A stretch of 63,249 nucleotides of DNA, the filler included, from Collodictyon triciliatum (lineage: Eukaryota), in NCBI GenBank assembly GCA_043381765.1. It is 10 parts of 10 records of this genome, joined end to end, with 100 filler letters (N's around TTAATTAATTAA, not from the genome) between each part and the next. Parts side by side here need not be neighbours in the genome. Positions count along the whole stretch, not along the records: positions 1 to 6,242 come from JBHJMP010004620.1; positions 6,343 to 12,581 come from JBHJMP010004621.1; positions 12,682 to 18,920 come from JBHJMP010004622.1; 7 more parts are not named here. One strand, 5' to 3'. Of the stretch, positions 1 through 13,132 are shown piece by piece. Both the position numbers and the translations under genes were made by a program. The stretch's first letter is position 1; each line of letters begins with the position of its first letter. The notes under the pieces are model-generated. The model was not told the DNA's origin and ran no database searches. It was given only the letters and a program-made list of their open reading frames with translations.

Positions 1-116
1 ATTCCTATTCCTATTCCTATTCCTATTCCTATTCCTATTCCTATTCCTATTCCTATTCCTATTCCTATTCCTATTCCTATTCCTATTCCTATTCCTATTC
101 CTATTCCTATTCCTAT
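1..116 (+). repeat. (ATTCCT)n microsatellite
   Basis: Perfect hexamer array at the contig start, followed by intron-like sequence. Confidence 0.95.
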
Positions 117-215
117 TTTTGGTTCATCATTTATATGCCATGAATTTTGAGTAACTATCGATTATTCAAATATTCCAGTTCTAACATTAATCACTCACCA
201 CAAAAAAAAAAAAAA

Positions 216-1497
216 GGGCTCGTCTATTTTACTCTATCCAGGAACCGACTTTCGTTTGTCTCTCAATACGTTCTTTATGCCAAATTTTCTAATCAGTCAT
301 AGCTCGTTTTTTTTTGTTTCGTCTATTTTTTTTTTTTTTTTATGTTTTGTCGATTAATGCAGGAGGTTCAAGCAGAAACACGAACGACAATCGACATGTT
401 TTACATCGGTGCAAATGTTTTTCTTGTTTCTGTGGAGGTTCGTTTCTGCCTATTTCAAATTCCATGCACCACCATGTATTTTTAAAACAAAACCTTACAA
501 CATTAAAATAGATACATTAAAAAGTAGTTTTTTTTTTACTACATGAATAATTTTTTTATGTCAATACCTGATGCATATATATGCATTTAGGTTATTTTCG
601 TCACTCTATTCTTTATCACTGAAAGTGGAGATGAAAGCAACAAAAACGCTTTTTATGAGCTTATATCTGGTAATTTAAGTAATTCAATATGTATTAAATC
701 AATCCCATAAAGCCAAACTAGTTAAATGCGATATCCAATCTAAGAAAACCAGAAAAAGAAACGAAAAAAGAGTCGATGTAGTTAGGTTATCTAAAAAGTA
801 AAATAATGTAGCAAACAGCATTTTCCTTGGTGCGCTGATGATTATGTGGGCTGTTGGTTTCTCTTGGTTTGGAACTCTACTTTACATTAATATGCAAACA
901 GTAGTTGCAAATACTTTTCTCAGGAGCCGCCAACTAGTGATTCAAAGACTTAGAAAGGTTGACTGAAGATTGCTTCTTTTTCCTGCTTCTAGTTTAAAAT
1001 TATGTAGAATCAGTTGCATTACAGCTCGCAACCAACTCATGCTCAATTCAAAACTTGTGACCATACACAACCTCAAAAAAAAAAATAATCAAAAAAAAAA
1101 ACTACTATACAACTCCAAGGTCTCTATCATAACGGCAATCTGCACCTTATGCTTTCTGTTTCGAGCTGTTATCACATGCGCCTTTGCCCAACGCAAAAGA
1201 CTTGAAAACCCTGAGGGGAATTTCCTGATGGCATATTTAGCTATGTAGGATGATTCCACGTTCTTTTCTTTCTCCCCTTATTTTCTCTTTCATGTTTTTA
1301 CATTTTGGACATAAAGCCAGCCATATGACAAGCCATTCGAATCGGCTAAATATTCTTCGTGTAGATATATTGTAGGCGAGCTGATTCCCTTCACCTTGGT
1401 ATTGACCCAAGGAAGTCCCATCCAACTTAAACCGCCAGAAGAAAAGCGGCCACTCGTGGGCCAACGCCCGCCGTCAACCAATGTTCACCTCTACTGA
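216..1497 (+). CDS. THH1/TOM1/TOM3 (GPR137-like) multipass membrane protein, 5'-partial, spliced
   Basis: GT-AG exons give WARLFYSIQ...ANSIFLGALMIMWAVGFSWFGTLLYINM...RLRK|VSIITAICTLCFLFRAVI...AYLAI|YIVGELIPFTLVL...; stop TGA at 1495-1497. Matches the TOM1 pattern V.vtaICftCFliR and YY.vvE.lPs.LVL. Confidence 0.75.
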
Positions 1498-2196
1498 ATC
1501 TTAGCCCATGGCCCGGCTTTGTTTCCTTTCTTCCTATCCTTATTTCTTTCAAGAGGGGGAAAAAGCCCTCACCTACCCAGCACTGTCATTCACCCTAGAT
1601 GATGTTATCCTCATATTTTCACTTCTTTCTTCCCCTCCAAGCTCTGTATCTTGTCTCTCCTGCCATGAAGAGACCAAAAGATATCTACTCAGCTGCGCCG
1701 GCGTATTAGTGGGGCGCCACGCTGAACCTGTTGGTATCTGCCAGACTCCCAACTTGCATCAAACTGCACAGCCCACACACGAGGAAAAAAACCTTACCGA
1801 TGCTCCGCTCTATATCATTTCACATCCACACACAAAGCTTTCGTGCATGCCTTTCTCGACTGCGAGGCAGCCCCCCATCTTATTAAAGGAAAAAGAAAAT
1901 AACGCAGCATACCCGAAAGTAAACCAATACCAACGCACACACAATACTTCTATCGCACACAAAGACAACGTTCACAATCCCGCGCTGCTGAGGCAGTATC
2001 TATTTCCTTCTCAATCCATCTTCCCCCTTCTTTTCTTGATACTCCCAACCCATGTTCATTACGCGGTCGCCTCGCTCCGCAGTGGGTTGCAGAGCCGGAC
2101 GAGCGTCACCCAAAGAAACCCACTAATCCACACGCTTCTTCCCCACTCAACAAGGCAAGACATAAGGAAAGTCCGAACCAAACGCCCGCGCAGACT

Positions 2197-4377
2197 ATGG
2201 ATCGGTTGTCCCTTCAGCACTCGCCGATCTCTGCCGATGCTGCCTGGACAAAACCCGACCAAGTCACTGCCCCAAACTCAAGCGATCAGCACCCGCCGTC
2301 TCACTCTGCTTCGCAAACAGCGACCGAATCAACCCCGCCAAAGCCAAGGACGCCACCCAGGCAACTCTCTGACTCGTTTCTCTTCGGCCCGGGCCGAGGC
2401 ACTCAACAGGCATCCGCTGCTGCTTTTGGGCTGGACTCCTTCGCCTCACTCGAGTCGCACAGCCCGAGCCTAACAAACTCAAGCGCGCAGCCGCCCCTCC
2501 GAGCAGAGGACTTTCTGACCGGCCCAGCAAAACCTGTGATACACGGTTCTCATCGCTCATATTCGTCCTCATCAAATGCCCAGAGCCCACCTGCAACGCT
2601 CACGACACCAACAATAGCAGCATCGTCGCCACCATCATCGTCATCCATGTCTATACAGAGGAAACCAAAGACTGATAAGCCAGAACAGTCAGCGCAAATA
2701 TCGTCTTCCTTTCCAATGCGCCTTCTCCATTCCCGATTCCTGTACGACCGAGCATCTGACTTGGATGATTCCATTGCAGAGTTCTTTCGTGGAATTAAAC
2801 AGGATAATCCCGGTGAGCAGGAAACATCGACAGCAATTGGGAAGCAAGTGAGTATTTCTTTTCCTCCCCCAGAGTTATCAATTACGCCATTCAACTGTTA
2901 TATATCTGTTCAAATCCAAAATTACTCCTTTACGTAGTGATCCATATACTTTGTTCTATTCAGTTCTTTTCTTCTCTTTCTAATCATCATTTATTTTACT
3001 CTATCGTCCTTGGAATGAACAGGCAACGATTCCGCTTCCAGACACAGGCATGAAGACGAACACCATCCAAACCAAACATTCTTCATCACTTGATGCTTCT
3101 ATCGAGTCTCGCTCTTCGGAGCGTCGCAAGGGGATAGAGTCACCCCAGGTGATAGAATTTGCTTTGTCCAATTACATCGGGACGTCCCTCGACGAGACTG
3201 AAAAATCTCTATCACAATATTCCAATGGAAGGCAAATGGCCATATCTATTGACGATGAAGATGATGATAGAGAATCTACTGAATCCGAATTTCTGAACCT
3301 GGCAAAAAAGAGCCTGGAAGAGATTGAAAAACAGATTGAGGTCACGAAAGCAAATCCGCCACTTGGTGTTAAACATGGAGTGGTTTTGATAAAGAATTTG
3401 GAAGGTCAGCAGAGTAACTCTAATAAAAAAAATGAGGGTTTTATGATTCGTCTATATGCTTACTTGGTTACTCCAAATATTTTTCTTCCTTTTTTTCTTC
3501 CTTTTTTCTGAATCCAGAAGAGGCAGAAACTGCAATCGATAAGGCTGTCGGGCATGTTCACAAGTACTTGAGTGCATTACCATTCACACCCGATTTATCA
3601 AAGTATTTTCTTTGTACAATTTCATTTTAAATGTAAAGCATATATTTCTAGGATACATGACTCGAAGAGGTTGTACTTTTACCATCGATGTTACAGTTTT
3701 ATCTTTTCCTCTATAAATCATCCTGAGATATTGCTCCTTATTTACATTAAATTATCCCGATTTAAATCCACCTGCTGGAAACATCAAGCTTTGAGCGTTC
3801 CAATGAACAAGCTGAGATAGTTCCGATCTCATCTCCATCTTCTGAACATGCCAAGACCGCTGCTAATATGAGGCATAGCCTAATTGGCAGTGGAGTCGAT
3901 TCATTGACATTAAAATCATCGTCAATAGAAAATAGTAGCAAGTAACATTCAATATCAGGCCTCCTTAGCCTTTATGCAATCCACCGTTTTACTTAACAGT
4001 CCCAGATTTAGTACCCAAGTTTTGTAAAATTGTTTTTGTGCACTTACCTCTTATTTAGACTGAAGCAGTCCACACAAAAGGGATCAACCACACATGTCAA
4101 CCTCAATGACTCATCCTTTAACATCACTTTGCCAACGACACTCGGCCAATTTATCTCTCCCTCTCGAAAGGATGAATCAAGCAAGATGCTCATAGAATCC
4201 AATAGCGGTCCTTGGACAGATGCATGTAGGTGGTAATTGCAAGATCTTTTTAAAATGGCATTTATTTATTCATTAATGCTATCAATAGCTTCGAATGAAG
4301 CATTGAAAAAAGTATTTTTTNNNNNNNNNNNNNNNNNNNNNNNNNNNNNNNNNNNNNNNNNNNNNNNNNNNNNNNNN

Positions 4378-4419
<42 letters not shown>

Positions 4420-6083
4420 CTAACAGACAAATTACTTCAAGACGTTCACTCTCCAACATTGCATCGGCGCAGCCAACCTCGAGTGCTGATGAAAGAATCA
4501 GAGCTCACCAGCAGCGGGCAATTGATTATTTTCCCTTACTAGAAATACTTTGTGACAATTGCTTTGCCTCCGGTCAATGCTAAAGGACTATCTATCCGAT
4601 ACACTATCTGTTGAAACATAGTAGAATGACAAAAGCTTACACATTAGATTGAGAGAAAAAGACTTGAATCAAATGTCGTCTGAATCATCTGGCGCTACAA
4701 CTAATGAAATGCTCAACCAGCCCATCCGACCTGGTAATCAAATGCTTGATTATTTTCGGGTTATTTCCCTTCTCATTTAAAACCGATACACGTAATTCCA
4801 TTTTTTGAAGATAATTTAGCTGAACAAAAAGGGATTAAATAATATCTTGAATATAGGAGCAAATAACCCTTTGCAAACATTCCATGACGATTCTATCTTT
4901 GCCAAGTTGGATACATATACTCATGATTCTATTGCGATGACTAAAATACCCGTGGGGAATGCAGACTCGATCGACTTTCCACAATCACGCCTGAATCTTC
5001 CATCGTTTCATTCAAGTGAAAGCGATACTGCAAGCCTCTCGAAAACTTTGGATGTTACGGCTAGGGAATCCAGGATATCAGTCCCAGAACCCCAGACGGA
5101 AAATTTGTCTGACCGCTCTGCACTTGAGCATGAGCACCAAAGTTTTCTTGCAGAAGACCAGACCCTGCGTCTCTCTGAGTTGCAAGCAAACGGCCCGAAA
5201 ATTGCTCTCACAAATACAGAGAAATTGAAGCAACAATACCGTGATTCATTGCGACAATTTGAGGCATGCTTACATATCTGTTTCATTGCAATTCAGAAAA
5301 TACCATAACATAATATTTAAATCTCGGTATCAACCCTATCTTCCTCTCTCTAATAATTGTCGTTATAAAAAAAAATTAGACATACGCTTCCTGTCAAGTA
5401 TGCACACTCTCCCTAATTTATATTTTCTAATTGTAAAAGGACAAACTGGCTTTGAAAACACCTGATAGACTTCCAACACCGATGCAGCCGATTACTGACC
5501 CAAATGTCACCAGTCAATCATCAACTCCTCTGCAATATACTCCTAATCAAAGCGATGTGATGTTCAAAAGTGCCGCAAACCCTTCGCACATATTTGCCCC
5601 AAAGCAAGACGCAGATGTTGGAATATCTACTCGAAAAGATGTCGTTAAATCATCTTCAAGTAATTTGTAAAGCAAATATGCACCCATACATACTTCTATA
5701 TCCTTTCTTAAACTATTCCCTTGCACAATCGGAATGTTAAATGAGGTTTTATAAATATAGGTGCAGAAAGAAAGGATGCGGCCGACATAGGTTCTAAAAC
5801 TGATGAGTCTCCTCAATCAATCCCGTCCATGGGCACCCGGCCGATGTCATCATCACATTCTACTCATAAATCAAGCAGCCTAGCCCATCAGAATAGCTCT
5901 CAAAGTTCCTCTATTTATCTTCCTAAAACTCTGGCGGACGTAATTGGAAATTCTCCACCAAAGAAAGGTCAAAAAGTAAGGATGAGGATACCTGAGCCAA
6001 AGATATCTCCGCCTTCAAACCAAAATGACCGCCCATTGCCCGCACCAAAAGGTTCACCCCCTTTTTTAATTGTCTCGTATTAG
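2197..6083 (+). CDS. Ser/Pro/Thr-rich, probably disordered hypothetical protein, multi-exon, 3'-partial
   Basis: Consecutive plus-strand exons join in frame through GT-AG introns (e.g. GKQ|gtgagt...gaacag|ATIPLPDTGMK). No recognisable domain. Confidence 0.6.
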
Positions 6084-6242
6084 TACTTTAAAAAAAGTAC
6101 ATACATAAAACATGGTAGAATAACCGAAAGACCATATTTTTCTTTTCTTTTCTTTCCTTTCCTTTCCTTTCCTTTCCTTTCCTTTCCTTTCCTTTCCTTT
6201 CCTTTCCTTTCCTTTCCTTTCCTTTCCTTTCCTTTCCTTTCC

Positions 6243-6342
6243 NNNNNNNNNNNNNNNNNNNNNNNNNNNNNNNNNNNNNNNNNNNNTTAATTAATTAANN
6301 NNNNNNNNNNNNNNNNNNNNNNNNNNNNNNNNNNNNNNNNNN
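6243..6342. other. Artificial contig-joining spacer N44-TTAATTAATTAA-N44 (same spacer at 12582-12681, 18921-19020, 25263-25362, 31602-31701, 37938-38037, 44273-44372, 50600-50699, 56925-57024)
   Basis: Nine identical 100-bp spacers carry a six-frame stop linker. The segments between them are 6225-6242 bp and roughly size-sorted. N runs at 4321-4377 and 10137-10178 lack the linker and are ordinary scaffold gaps. Confidence 0.98.
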
Positions 6343-6506
6343 TTATTACTCTTTTATTACTCTTTTATTACTCTTTTATTACTCTTTTATTACTCTTTTA
6401 TTACTCTTTTATTACTCTTTTATTACTCTTTTATTACTCTTATTTTTAGGCCTATAATTACCTATTCACTTATTGAAATTCTAGGACTCATATTATATGT
6501 CTCTAG

Positions 6507-7878
6507 TTTGCGGGCGTCAGTGCAGAGCTAGAGTTTGGACTCAAGAGTCTCAAGCTGACGTATGATTCCCAAGGGCAATCCCCGTATTCTCGGTAATAGT
6601 TTTATATCATAGTAGAAATTTGTGTAACTTTTCATTTAATGGATTCAATTCATGTTGTGTTCAAAGGCTGATAATGCACACCAATCTTTCTTTCAATCTC
6701 AGCTACCAATTATTGAAGCAAGATTGCCTCTTTTTTTTCCATATATTTTTCCCCTTGATTCTATTTATATATGTTTAGGAATATTGACTATGATGAGTGG
6801 TGCGAGTTATTGTCTCCTCAATATGACGTGGACGATTGTGATGAACTGAAAAATGGTTTTTTTTTTATTCTTCCTTTCAACTTTTGTGCAGGACCGAGGG
6901 GGGGGGGGTGTTGGATGAACTGAAAAATGGTATAAAAAAGAGAGAATCTGTATTATCAAAGCAAACAAAAAAAATATTTGCCTTTTAACTACTGTTTAAA
7001 ATATAGGCTCCAGTGCTACATATGCATTTCTTCTAGCGTAAGTGTAATATCCTATTATTGAGATCATACATACGCACCATTATCGTAGCTTTTATGATTT
7101 ATGTACTTTAGTCATAACTAAAAATTGAGTACTGAGACCTTAACCTATGTAAAAATTCGTCCTGAAAAATCATTGTTATCATGGACTAATCAAAAAGTGC
7201 AGTTCAGGCATTACCTGTACAGTGGCTGCTTTTGTCTCGGTGGTGGGTCACAAGCTTAAGTTCAATCACATATTCATCACTGTGGCGTTGCTACTTACAA
7301 CATTTGTGATCAACATCGTCTGTGTTGTCGTGTGGTATTACGTCGCTGATGGATTCATCAGAAAGTGAGAATATTCCTAATGTTACTCCAAATGAATAAA
7401 ATATTGGTATCAAAAAGATAATATAGAACCATCTATGAATGTTCTAGTTCCAGCTTCTGGTACTCATAAATCCTCTCCAACAGGTATTTTGAACGCAATT
7501 TGGAGGATTCTTTTCCTATTGCTGTAGTTCCTATCATTCTTGTATTTTTTGCTCTAGTCAGGTGAGATAACCATTTATCATAATTTAATATAAATTCTAT
7601 GAATTATTGCTCATTACTTCTTTATTGGTGTTTTTACTGTCTGTTTTCTATAAAATTGCCGACGAATTTTCGCATACATTCACAAAAGATAAGTCAGACA
7701 TGCCAAACTTAAATCCGGGTTGGTCTTTCGCTGTTTGCATTCTTTGTAACTCTATTCTTCCATTCCATACCAACAAAGGTCATGCCAGGATATTGCATCC
7801 CCAAAAAACAAATATGTTCGGGATGATGGGGATGACACTGACAGCGAAAGGGCAGACTACTCTAGATTCACCGACTGA
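6507..7878 (+). CDS. Claudin/PMP22/amastin-like tetraspan membrane protein, 5'-partial, spliced
   Basis: Exons join in phase: FAGVSAELEFGLKSL...R|NIDYDEWCELLSPQYDVDDCDELKN|GSSATYAFLLA|SGITCTVAAFVSVVG...VVVWYYV...|YFERNLEDSFPIAVVPIILVFFALV|...RFTD*. A GL..C..C extracellular loop is followed by three hydrophobic helices. Confidence 0.55.
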
Positions 7879-8913
7879 AGCTACACTGATTTCCCCTCGC
7901 CACACGAGAATATTATTGATATCACATATGACAATCAAACGCACCTTGATGAATCAGAAATAGACCCCAACCCACTGGGAATGTGCACGCGCAGCTAAAA
8001 TAAAATAAAAGTAAAGAAAAAAAAACGGCAACCAACTATGTAGACTTTATTCTGGCGCAGAATGGGTGATATTGAAGCTCTCATAGCACAGAGATATTCA
8101 ATAACAGCCAGTGCAGAAGAAAGGAAACTGCGAACAGGCAAAAGATGCTGTGGGAAGATGCGTGCCCGAATGGGATGCGGATGTTTGTTCTTGTGCGGAT
8201 ATATAAGGGTTATTTCCGCAGGAAAGAGTCTCCGCCTTTGGTCATTGTGATCATAGCCTCCTGATAGTGGGTGATTTGAGAGCCATGGCGATGGTACTGT
8301 GCAACTGACGATGAACCCTCACTTGACCTCCATCCGACCTCCTAATAAACGACATGAGGAGGGGTGAGTGAGGAGTTCCTTTTTCTTTTTCTTTTTCTTT
8401 TTCTTTTTCTTTTTCTTTTCTTTTTCTTTTCTTTTTCTTTTCTTTTTCTTTTTCTTTTTCTTTTTCTTTTTCTTTTTCTTTTTCTTTTTCTTTTTCTTTT
8501 TCTTTTTCTTTTTCTTTTTCTTTTTCTTTTTCTTTTTCTTTTTCTATGTTTCCTTTGGGTTTGTGTTATAACTTATGATTTTTGTTTTATTTCTGTTTCT
8601 TTCGTTTTAATGTTTGATATCGCAGCACCTAGTGAAAGATAAGAGATGATGAAAAGAAAACTGAAAACAAAATATGCTGATAGTTCGTACACGGAATGGG
8701 GCATGTAGATTCAAGAGTTCAAGATAACCCATCAAAAGTGAGATATACCTGGGAGGAAATGACTGTCTCTGCATACTTTTTTGGAGGAGAGTGGACATAG
8801 CGAACGTGTCGGTGAGCGCTTTCCCGAAGTTTCTCTCCGCTTTCATATTCCTTCGCCTCCGGCTTTCGATGGAAAGAATATGGTAGCCATTTTAGTGCTC
8901 TTTGTGTTAAGTT

Positions 8914-9683
<770 letters not shown>

Positions 9684-10347
9684 AAAAGGATTATTGACGA
9701 CGTGAAACCGTTCGATATAAAAGGAAAAACGGTTACTTATTTCTGGAAGTTATATTGAAAATCAAAAATGTTGCTATTTACAACTAATGAATTGATTCTC
9801 AATGGATTTCTTTAGATTTAATACACAGTTAAGTAGCAATCTGAGGATATCTGCACAGACGCCGTTTACTCCAATGGCAAGTGCAGCCCAATCACGCAAT
9901 ATGTCAAGGGGCAAAGAGTCCAACCAATGAATCCGCGTGATAGAGAGCGGCCAAGCAAGAAATGTCAGTACGGACTCGAACCGCCGGATATATGGTTTGC
10001 TGAAGAGGCGAACAGCACGGCCATCGCACGTTCTTCATTTTGAAAGAGACGTTAGTTTAGACAGGTTTAAACAAAATTCTATGACAGGAACTAGAACTTC
10101 AAAATAGAACAAAAAAAAAAAAAAAAAAAAAAAAAANNNNNNNNNNNNNNNNNNNNNNNNNNNNNNNNNNNNNNNNNNAAAAAGGGAAAGAGAAACAACT
10201 TGTGGACAAGAGAACGCACCCGACCAAACCTCTGGTCTCGGTATGTGTTTCCAAAACTAACATTTATTTAACTCGTCCAATTGGAACCTATGATATGGCA
10301 CAGATTTACGGCAAGAAACTACAAGAGTTTAAGCAAAGAGGGGGAGA

Positions 10348-12309
10348 ATGAGAGAAAATCATCGCGTCCCGTGGGCGATCGAAGACGTGGACGGTGGTGC
10401 TGGCGTGGATCAAAAAGATAGTACAGGCGACAGCTGGAAAAGTTCGATTAAAAAGCTCAGAGCTGAGCAGAGCGGCTATGCAAGAAAAGAAACAGTATCA
10501 CAACCCCATAACGTGGACGACTTAGAGTCTCCAGAACCAAAAAGGGAAAGCATCCCTGTCCCAAAACTCAACCCACCTCCAAACCTTTCGTGGATCAAAA
10601 GAGATCGGGACAAAACCTCCATGCAACTTTCTCTTGACTTGAACTACCAGTTTTTAAAGAAAAGGAACTCGGTATTCACGTCATTATTTGGGGTCGACTT
10701 TCTTGACTGTATGTATGCCAAGGTGTGGAATAACAAGACAGTCATGAATATCACCTTTATATGTTGGACTGCACTCTCCATAGTTGGGCTCTTGTTCCTC
10801 TCTGAAGTGGAAATATTACCTCCGTGGCTGTACTCATCGGTTCAGTTGGTATTCTCCATGCACTTCCTAGTGTACAATCTCGCCTTCATTAATGTTGGTA
10901 TTCTTCGGAGCATTGCGAAGACATTCAATTTTTGGTTTATGATGTCACACGCACTAGTTTTCTGTATATCCATGATATTGTTGTGGGAAGGAGATTACAG
11001 AATGATTCTCCTGTGCACCCATTACTTCTTGAGTTGTTTTTACATGATTATGATTGACGCATTTATGACTTCAAATGTAAAATTGTTTCTCTTTGGAATT
11101 TTTTTGGGATTTGTGTGCTTGGTGTCAACAGTGGTCATATTAAAAATATCACCAAATGATACGAACAGAAACAGGTCAATTATGTATGATGATATAGAAG
11201 TAATTAATTTATTGTCGCAGACCACTGAGAGTTCTCTAGTTCTCCTGATTTATCTCATTAGAACGACTTTCCTAAAGTATAAGCTAGGGTCTGGTTTCCT
11301 GACACTTTTAGAGGACAATTACAACATAATTCCTGAATTGAACATCAATACTAGCCTTGCTCACATGTCGTTTAGACCATCCATAGATATTAGATCACAG
11401 ATAGATAATCAACTTGGAACAAACAGATTGGTTCAACCTCTAAATAGAGAACAATCATCCTTCAGACTAGCATTTGCCTCTGTTAATCCAAGCCAAGACA
11501 TCGAATTGAGGACAGGCAAGGAAGAATTGAAGGATTTGGTAATACCAAATCATGTGAAAGAAGCGCCAAACGAGTACTTTGTGTTTGGAATTACAGAAAA
11601 ACATACTATACTTTTTAACAATTTTCACACAATCTACCACCAATTCCTAATCGACAAAATCCCTTGGATGAAGAAAATAGTCAAATCAAAAAATTACTTC
11701 CTGTTTTGCGCAATTATCAACGCAACAGCCTTTTCCTCATGTTTTTCAATTGTTTTTGGTGCCAAACTGCCAAATTATCTGAGGATCATGGTGATGATTA
11801 TTATTACATGCTCAATGTTCGTGTTTACACTTCAAATTGTAATAAGTGCACACTTTTCAATTGCGAGAAAAATGTTCAGGTCTTTTGATTACTGGTATAT
11901 GACTTGGTTGAGTTTGCAAGTTCTAGTGAGCGGATGCCTTCTCGTGGAGATGGAGTGGAGTTGCATCGTATGGGTTTGGTATTTCGTCGCCACGCAATGG
12001 TACATGTTCATCGACTGTTTTCCATCAAAGTTGAGGAGATTGACCATGTTTTCAGTATTTGGCATTTTTTTTGGAGTATCATCAGCTGTTTTTTGTAAAA
12101 TTGGGCATGGTTCTATGTTTCAAAGCGATGCAAAAATCGTCATTTCAGGTATCGAGATGATAAAGTTTCGGTCGATAGCCTCTGGAAACTTGTTTTTATG
12201 GGCGATATTTCTTGTCAGATTTTTTTGTAGCTATTGGAAAAACTCGATGCGCTCTCAGTTTATGACAAAAAGGTATCGACTTTTTCTAGTTTCCAGCTTT
12301 ATCAAATAG
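10348..12309 (+). CDS. Intronless 653-aa polytopic membrane protein with two homologous multi-TM halves
   Basis: Long ORF with two hydrophobic blocks sharing motifs: ILRSIAKTFNFWFM / IARKMFRSFDYWYM, FYMIMIDAF / WYMFIDCF, LLIYLIRTTF / WAIFLVRFFC. Confidence 0.85.
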   Translation: MRENHRVPWAIEDVDGGAGVDQKDSTGDSWKSSIKKLRAEQSGYARKETVSQPHNVDDLESPEPKRESIPVPKLNPPPNLSWIKRDRDKTSMQLSLDLNYQFLKKRNSVFTSLFGVDFLDCMYAKVWNNKTVMNITFICWTALSIVGLLFLSEVEILPPWLYSSVQLVFSMHFLVYNLAFINVGILRSIAKTFNFWFMMSHALVFCISMILLWEGDYRMILLCTHYFLSCFYMIMIDAFMTSNVKLFLFGIFLGFVCLVSTVVILKISPNDTNRNRSIMYDDIEVINLLSQTTESSLVLLIYLIRTTFLKYKLGSGFLTLLEDNYNIIPELNINTSLAHMSFRPSIDIRSQIDNQLGTNRLVQPLNREQSSFRLAFASVNPSQDIELRTGKEELKDLVIPNHVKEAPNEYFVFGITEKHTILFNNFHTIYHQFLIDKIPWMKKIVKSKNYFLFCAIINATAFSSCFSIVFGAKLPNYLRIMVMIIITCSMFVFTLQIVISAHFSIARKMFRSFDYWYMTWLSLQVLVSGCLLVEMEWSCIVWVWYFVATQWYMFIDCFPSKLRRLTMFSVFGIFFGVSSAVFCKIGHGSMFQSDAKIVISGIEMIKFRSIASGNLFLWAIFLVRFFCSYWKNSMRSQFMTKRYRLFLVSSFIK

Positions 12310-12533
12310 CTTCTTTTTCTTCTTTTTTTTGGAATCCTATCTTATCGTCGTAGTATTTATTAATAAAATGAAGTAGTAGAATCAACCATGTGTTTGGCAT
12401 CTATAGGTGCCCTTTGTTGTCTCTCTTGTGTCGTCTTTTATTCTGACCCCATTTTTGGTTTTCTTATGTTTTGGTTTTTTTGGTTTTTTTGGTTTTTTTT
12501 TGGTTTTTTTGGTTTTTTTTTTGGTTTTTTTTT

Positions 12534-12581
<48 letters not shown>

Positions 12582-12682
12582 NNNNNNNNNNNNNNNNNNN
12601 NNNNNNNNNNNNNNNNNNNNNNNNNTTAATTAATTAANNNNNNNNNNNNNNNNNNNNNNNNNNNNNNNNNNNNNNNNNNNNT

Positions 12683-12734
<52 letters not shown>

Positions 12735-12786
12735 TTTTTCTTTTTTTTTTTCTTTCTTTTTTTCTTTCTTTTTTTTTTTTTTTTTT

Positions 12787-12826
<40 letters not shown>

Positions 12827-13028
12827 ACTTTCTGACTTTCTGACTTTCTGACTTTCTTACTTTCTTACTTTCTTACTTTCTTACTTTCTTACTTTCTTAC
12901 TTTCTTACTTTCTTACTTTCTTACTTTCTTACTTTCTTACTCTCTGACTTTCTTGCTTTCTTTCATTTTTCATGTTTTTCATGTATTTCATACTTTTAGC
13001 AATCAAACACCTTTCTATTTCTCTTTAG

Positions 13029-13132
13029 ATTTTGGATTTGGATGTGCCTTTTGATGGACACAAAAGTATCAGCATGGACTGGGAGCCCGATAGCGCCAGC
13101 GAAGCAGAAAAATCAAAAAAAAGGAAGCGATG
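13029..13132 (+). CDS. Probable terminal exon of an upstream gene (ILDLDVPFDGHKSISMDWEPDSASEAEKSKKRKR*)
   Basis: Polypyrimidine tract plus AG, then an open frame to TGA ending in an NLS-like basic tail. Confidence 0.4.

Noticed and set aside
1-116. (ATTCCT)n as a telomere
   Set aside because: It lies upstream of internal exons of a 5'-truncated gene, so it is probably intronic; similar microsatellites end most contigs.
1508-2473. 321-aa ORF
   Set aside because: No protein-like features; it spans the 3' UTR/intergenic region and overlaps the more plausible gene starting at 2197 in another frame.
5698-5707. ATATCCTTT-like motifs at 5698 (+), about 30115 (-) and about 61278 (-) as further U12 donors
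   Set aside because: Each lies inside an intron already explained by in-frame GT-AG splicing and lacks a matching branch site and AC acceptor.
6287-6298. Regularly spaced palindromic TTAATTAATTAA as a biological periodic element
   Set aside because: Always flanked by exactly 44 N on each side; it is a six-frame-stop assembly linker.
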